64,000 nt of DNA from Podarcis erhardii (taxonomy: Eukaryota), in NCBI GenBank assembly GCA_964252035.1, contig OZ176201.1. One strand, written 5' to 3'. Below, piece after piece: positions 61,116 to 64,000 of the stretch (the stretch's first letter is position 1; every line of letters starts with the position of its first letter). Position numbers and translations under genes: made by a program. The notes below the pieces were generated by a model, which saw only the letters and a list, made by a program, of their open reading frames with translations, had not been told where the DNA came from and searched no databases.

Positions 61116-63799
61116 TAAAGCAGGGATAAGAGCACACAAAGCCTGTTTATTTTTACTGGAGAATCAGCCTTATAACCTTATAACCAACATGCTTAAATCT
61201 AATTAATGCATGAAGGGGTTAAGACCATAGAGTAAGCTGTCCTGTCAGGCTTAGTTAGGAAGAGGTATCAAGATTTATTCTTCACATTCCCCCATGTGAA
61301 CCCTACCTAGAAGGAGGTCTGGGCTGGTTGCTCCAAGTCCAGACCATGTGGCTTAAGCAAGCCATCCTTGTGTTTCTATACAAATAATTTAGAAACATCT
61401 ACCACTTTGGAACCTTAGTTATACTGCCTGTGTTCTTACTGCTGTATGGTAAAGCACATGAATCTGACTTTTGAAGAGTTTGTAAGTAAACCATTTTTAA
61501 CTTTTCTACGCTTAGAGAAGTGGGGAACTTTGGAAGTAACTTAGAAGGGGATGTTTTAAAGGTCTAACAGCCTATATTTCCACACTTGGTTTTTAAAATT
61601 TGTTTAAAGTAAAAAATACTAACAATTTTCACAGCATTGTGGTAAGGGGAGCCTGTGTGCTCTTATCCCTACTTTTATCATTATTATTAAAAGTATATTT
61701 ATTCAAAAGTTACACTTCACCTTTGTCCACTGCCATAATACCACAGAACGATCACTCCAATCCTCAATCCCTCATCCCTCTCATGTTGGCTCATCAAATA
61801 CCCTCAATAGGAACCAAAGTACACAACCAAATTGAACAATTTCTACATAAATCATTCTAAGATCTAAAACACACACACATATACATACAAATATATGGCT
61901 TTGCTTAGAGTTCCTCTGGTGTTTAACCTGGGGAGGAACCTCCAACTGTGCTTCAGGTATCACTTCAGGCAAAAATTTGGTGAAAAGAAGTTCACCTGGT
62001 CAGAGCAATTATTTCCTTGAGTGAGCCACTTGATAGATTGCCTGAACCAGCTATATGAGACAGCAAAGAGTACAGTATCATGAGTCCTTTGTCTTCCCAA
62101 GCTCGAGAAGAAAAGTCAGAAGTAATTGTGGGGTCACCTTACACATCTAAGGCTTATCAGATTTATCCTAATTGTTAAAGGGAGGGGGGAAAAAGAAGGG
62201 CTACTGGAATGATTTCCGCTATTTTGCATTTCAGCAGAACAGAACAAGATGGGGTGCTTCCCCCCCCCTTTTTAGGTAGCTACTCATATGAGGACATTTA
62301 CAATGTTTTTTTAAAGTCTCTGTCATTTTTGGAAACAGTTCTCCATAAGACGCTCTTGAGTCTAGTTTGAGTATAATTTAGATTTGAATGTCTCCTGGCA
62401 GATTTGTGGCACACATAAGAACATCAGGAGTGGCTGCTGGAACAGGTAAACAGTCCATCTAGTTCCACGTCCTGGCCAACCAGAAACATGTAGGAAACCG
62501 GCAAGTAAGACCTATCATTAATCCCACCAGTAGCACTTATAGCTTAGTGGTGAACAGGCAGATGGGAGGAAAGAATCACATTCTATGGAGGTGAGTGCCA
62601 GTGGACAATTGCATGACTCATAGCCCCTTATAGTCCCACAATGAGAGCTACTGGCCACATTCTAATGTGGCATGTGTTTGACTGCTTGGCAAAAGAAGAC
62701 AGGGATAGGCTGGCAGCAGGACTGAGAATGACTTGCTTTTGTTTGTGTTTGTTTGTTTCCTCCCTCATATCAAGAGCGTATTGTTCCCCAGAGGCACTTC
62801 CTAGCCTTTGAGGAGGCCTGAACTAAGTGCCTTTGGGGCCTTGATTAGTATTTATCTGCATTCCCAAAGCATGGTGTCATCACAATTAAGGCCACGAGAA
62901 AGCAGCCAATTTGGGGCATGTACCAGGAGCAGAGATTGCTGGCTGTGTGTACGGAAAGGAGCAAAGGGCCTGTTATTGAGCCCTGTGGGACTTTAACCAT
63001 CCACCCTTCCAGAACATGCTTCAGAATCCAATCAACATTTGCTCTCCTTTAAGTGGTTTACAGCTATCTGTAAGCAGCGTGTGTGCTGATGCCTGTTAAT
63101 TAATATACCGGAGTCAACAGAAGCACATGCTGCATTGCAATTGAGCAAGATGGCAGGCTGAAGGACTCCTGCCTTGAGTAGTGAAGACAGTGTGTGTGAT
63201 GGTGCTGTCGGGCAGGAGCTCTAGGAGCCCAGTTTGAAAAGAGGAGGGAAGGAGGAATGAAAAGGGCTGAAGCTTACCTGAAAGCTAGCATTGCCTGCCT
63301 GCGGTTGAGAAATATGAACTGCATGTAATCATATCTTGACTTAGAAAGCTGGGATGTGGATAGGATTTTGGCTGCACATTTAGCTCTTTTGCTCCCTTCC
63401 TTTGCGTGAGTGGCTGTGTGAGCAAGCAAACAAAGCAGGAAGTTTTCTACTAGCGATAGTTTACTGTTTCATCCATACCGGGAAAATATGGTTGGAAGCA
63501 AGCCAGGATATTAAACCGTGGGTTTGAAATTGATGCCATGCTCCATTTTTCATTCACAATGGCTGCTAGGCTATAACAACTCTAAGTATGAAGTCATAAG
63601 AGAAAAGCATCAATAAACCTCACTAGGAATCAAAGCTTAAGAGGAATAAAAGATGCAATGCAATTATCTTAAAAACAACAACAACACCCTATAGTTTTTA
63701 AAAGAAAACTTTTTACAACACATATGGAGATTATTACACTTAAGAACTGTTCAAGGAAGTGTCATACCGTAGTTTATGCTGTTTATGCAGATGTTCACT

Positions 63800-63892
63800 C
63801 TCCAGGTGGGCTGGGAAAGACTCCTGTATGAACCTCGGAGAGTCATTGCCAGCCCAATGATCTAACTTGTTAAGGCAGCTTCATAAGTTCAT
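63800..63892 (+). mobile_element. Squam2-like SINE 3' fragment
   Basis: gggctgggaaagactcctg...aaggcagcttcataagttc. Confidence 0.5.
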
Positions 63893-64000
63893 GCCGCACA
63901 CTCCATCCCAGACTCCCCGCCATGCTGATCATCTGCCTAACAACAGAACTAGTGCACATTTTGGAGACTGGATTGTGAGGTTCCTCCTTTTGCAATGGAT

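Noticed and set aside
1-64000. CRISPR arrays, operons, rRNA or genuine tRNA genes
   Set aside because: Eukaryotic repeat-rich DNA; tRNA-like segments are SINE heads; no repeat-spacer array seen. Many ORF-track starts are GTG/TTG and not meaningful here.

Overview
Vertebrate (squamate, probably lacertid-like lizard) genomic DNA, inferred from its repeat content: Sauria SINEs, Bov-B, CR1, L2 and a MIR-like SINE with (TTC)n tails. No host protein-coding gene could be supported, so the window looks intronic or intergenic. The dominant feature is a ~6.7 kb tyrosine-recombinase retrotransposon of Ngaro/DIRS type on the minus strand (~25983-32729). It encodes gag with a zinc finger, RT/RNase H, a tyrosine recombinase and an SGNH hydrolase, with only three visible lesions. 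Splice signals in it suggest a spliced leader and an in-frame Gag-hydrolase fusion, and its termini match neither the classical Ngaro nor the DIRS1 layout. Other highlights: an internally deleted ORF1-only L1 derivative with TSD (46309-48441), a young CR1 joined head-to-head to Bov-B (4778-7267), two related solo LTRs retaining a similar peptide-like frame, and a candidate solo LTR with a DR5-DR1-DR5 nuclear-receptor element. All family assignments and alignments were made by eye without database searches; boundaries lacking a TSD or TIR are approximate.
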